Below, piece by piece: positions 20,101-21,926 of a stretch of DNA of 21,926 nt. The notes under the pieces are model-generated. The model was not told the origin of the DNA. It searched no databases and worked only from the letters and a program-made list of their open reading frames with translations. Source of the DNA: Ginkgo biloba (lineage: Eukaryota; Plantae; Ginkgophyta); the NCBI GenBank assembly GCA_024626585.2, contig JANKJI020000001.1, positions 17,784,651 to 17,806,576 on the forward strand, read 5' to 3'. The position numbers and the translations under genes were made by a program. Positions within the stretch are counted from its first letter, which is position 1. Each line of letters begins with the position of its first letter.

Positions 20101-21926
20101 CTATTTTACTATTTTNNNNNNNNNNNNNNNNNNNNNNNNNNNNNNNNNNNNTGTATTTATAATACACAGTATCTCAAAAATAATTAAATTTTAATTCCTT
20201 CAATGTATAAGTGATATAAAAAAAAATAGATGGACAACATTGTTATATTTTAAGTATGCACATTTATATTACTAGATTAATATTTTAACCATGTAATGGC
20301 AATGCAATATGATTGGTAATTCAAGTTTGTTAATTTTGTTTCATGTTTTAATTGTAATACTTACTCTTTACTCTTTATCACAATATAATAATGATTCATC
20401 AACTCTTGGCCTATACATGCACAACATTAATCAACTATTTCAAACTTAGCACAAACCCAACATTAACAACACTGGTGCAGAATGACCTTAATCAAATGAT
20501 AACATGAATTTATCAAATTAACACAAGAATTTCTCAATATATTAGAGTCATAATTCATAAATTCATATATGACTTGCTCAACTTCTCATTAATTCTCATG
20601 GCATATGTAAGAGAGATAATGTCACTTATTATAAAAGCGTATACAACGACTAATACTACAAGATTCTACTACTATTCTTTNNNNNNNNNNNNNNNNNNNN
20701 NNNNNNTACTCATCTCTCACCCATACCTTTTACAAAGTCAAACTCCTATATATAATACATTCTTCATCTAAACCTCTCGCCCAAACTTCTAATTCAAAAT
20801 ATTCTTGAATATTATTTGGGTATTCACTTTTCTTACAAATTCTTTGGAGATTTACAAATCTTTGATAGCATATGTATATATTACATACTTGAAACCTTAT
20901 TTGTTTACTACAGCCTTGGGGTCAATATGCAATTATTTTTTTGTTGTTGGGTGGATGTGGTGCCAATTTCTTTAGCTTGAAGAGGAACTCAAGTAGTTGT
21001 CTTTTCCTTCCTTTATTTATCCTTGATTCCATTGTAATTCGCACAGGGGTTTATATTATACTAGAAGAACTCAATCTCTTCATTAATATTTTCAAAGATC
21101 AAATTAGATGACATCATCTAAAAAGGATTTAAACTAAATTATTCTATTTTTTATACTATTGAAGGATTAAACTACCAATATTCTCCACTTTCAAATCTTC
21201 AACTACACCTAATGTTGTTTAATAAACTTGAATTTCTTCATCTTACTTTTCCTAAAGAGTCTGATCTCCTACTTCCTTCTACATATTTTTTGGTTAAATA
21301 TTACAACTCCCTCTTCAATTGACTTTTCATTTTTGTCTAATATAACATTATCACTAGGATCTCAATTCTATGGAGTATATCAAAATACTCTCTTTATTAA
21401 TATGTGTTATATTCTAATGCCTCCATAATACATCTATTTTTTATTGGATGGTATCTTTATCTATATTCTTATCTTGGCCATTTGGCTTGACCATTACTTC
21501 CATCAACTCATTGATTAGTTTAACCATATCATGAATTAAATAACTTTCATATTGCAACTTTTTTTTCAACCTATTTTTTGTATTTTTCTTGCAAAAATTA
21601 TAATCCTTATTTATAGCCTTGAATTGTGAAGCCACCATGCTTATTTTTTTCAATGATCTCTATGACATTGAACTCATATCTAGAACTTCGTCAGTTATAC
21701 ATTTGTTGAACTTCTTGTAATTTCCTCCTATAGTTTATTTTTTATCTTTTTAATTTTTTTAAAATCAACATTCGCTTCAACCAATGTCTTTATTGCTTTC
21801 TACTACTATACCTTCTTCAATTAAACATCTTACTAATTTTTAGACTAAGACATAATAATGGTTTCATGAAAGCCTATCTTCAAATATTTTATGTTCATCT
21901 TAAAAAACTTGATTTCATTTTGTACA

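Overview
AT-rich eukaryotic DNA from a gapped draft assembly (many N runs). It is a land plant, probably a large-genome seed plant such as a gymnosperm (inference from the gene and transposon content). The only intact gene is a single-coding-exon, minus-strand DUF1191-family membrane protein (ATG 14596 to stop 13490, 368 aa). About 2.1 kb upstream lies a decayed, 3'-truncated tandem copy of its first ~69 codons plus ~0.8 kb of upstream DNA. Bases ~500-8650 are nested, stop-riddled retroelement relics: an internally deleted Ty3/gypsy element, further gypsy integrase pieces, a Ty1/copia gag-protease piece, and a LINE split into two parts. A gypsy RT/RNase H fragment sits between two gaps at 12720-13072. 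The ~9500-15500 interval keeps CG/CHG sites and holds a TCP-site cluster with splice-like signals, a 3x55-56 bp tandem repeat and a perfect 17-bp hairpin. The most interesting hypothesis is that the DUF1191 ectodomain ends in a C-x6-HFS-LVV strand resembling the GPS/GAIN-ZU5-Nup98 autoproteolysis site, followed by an AGP-like stalk and one TM helix. That would make it a candidate self-cleaving plant surface protein. All calls come from manual translation and motif recognition; no searches were run.
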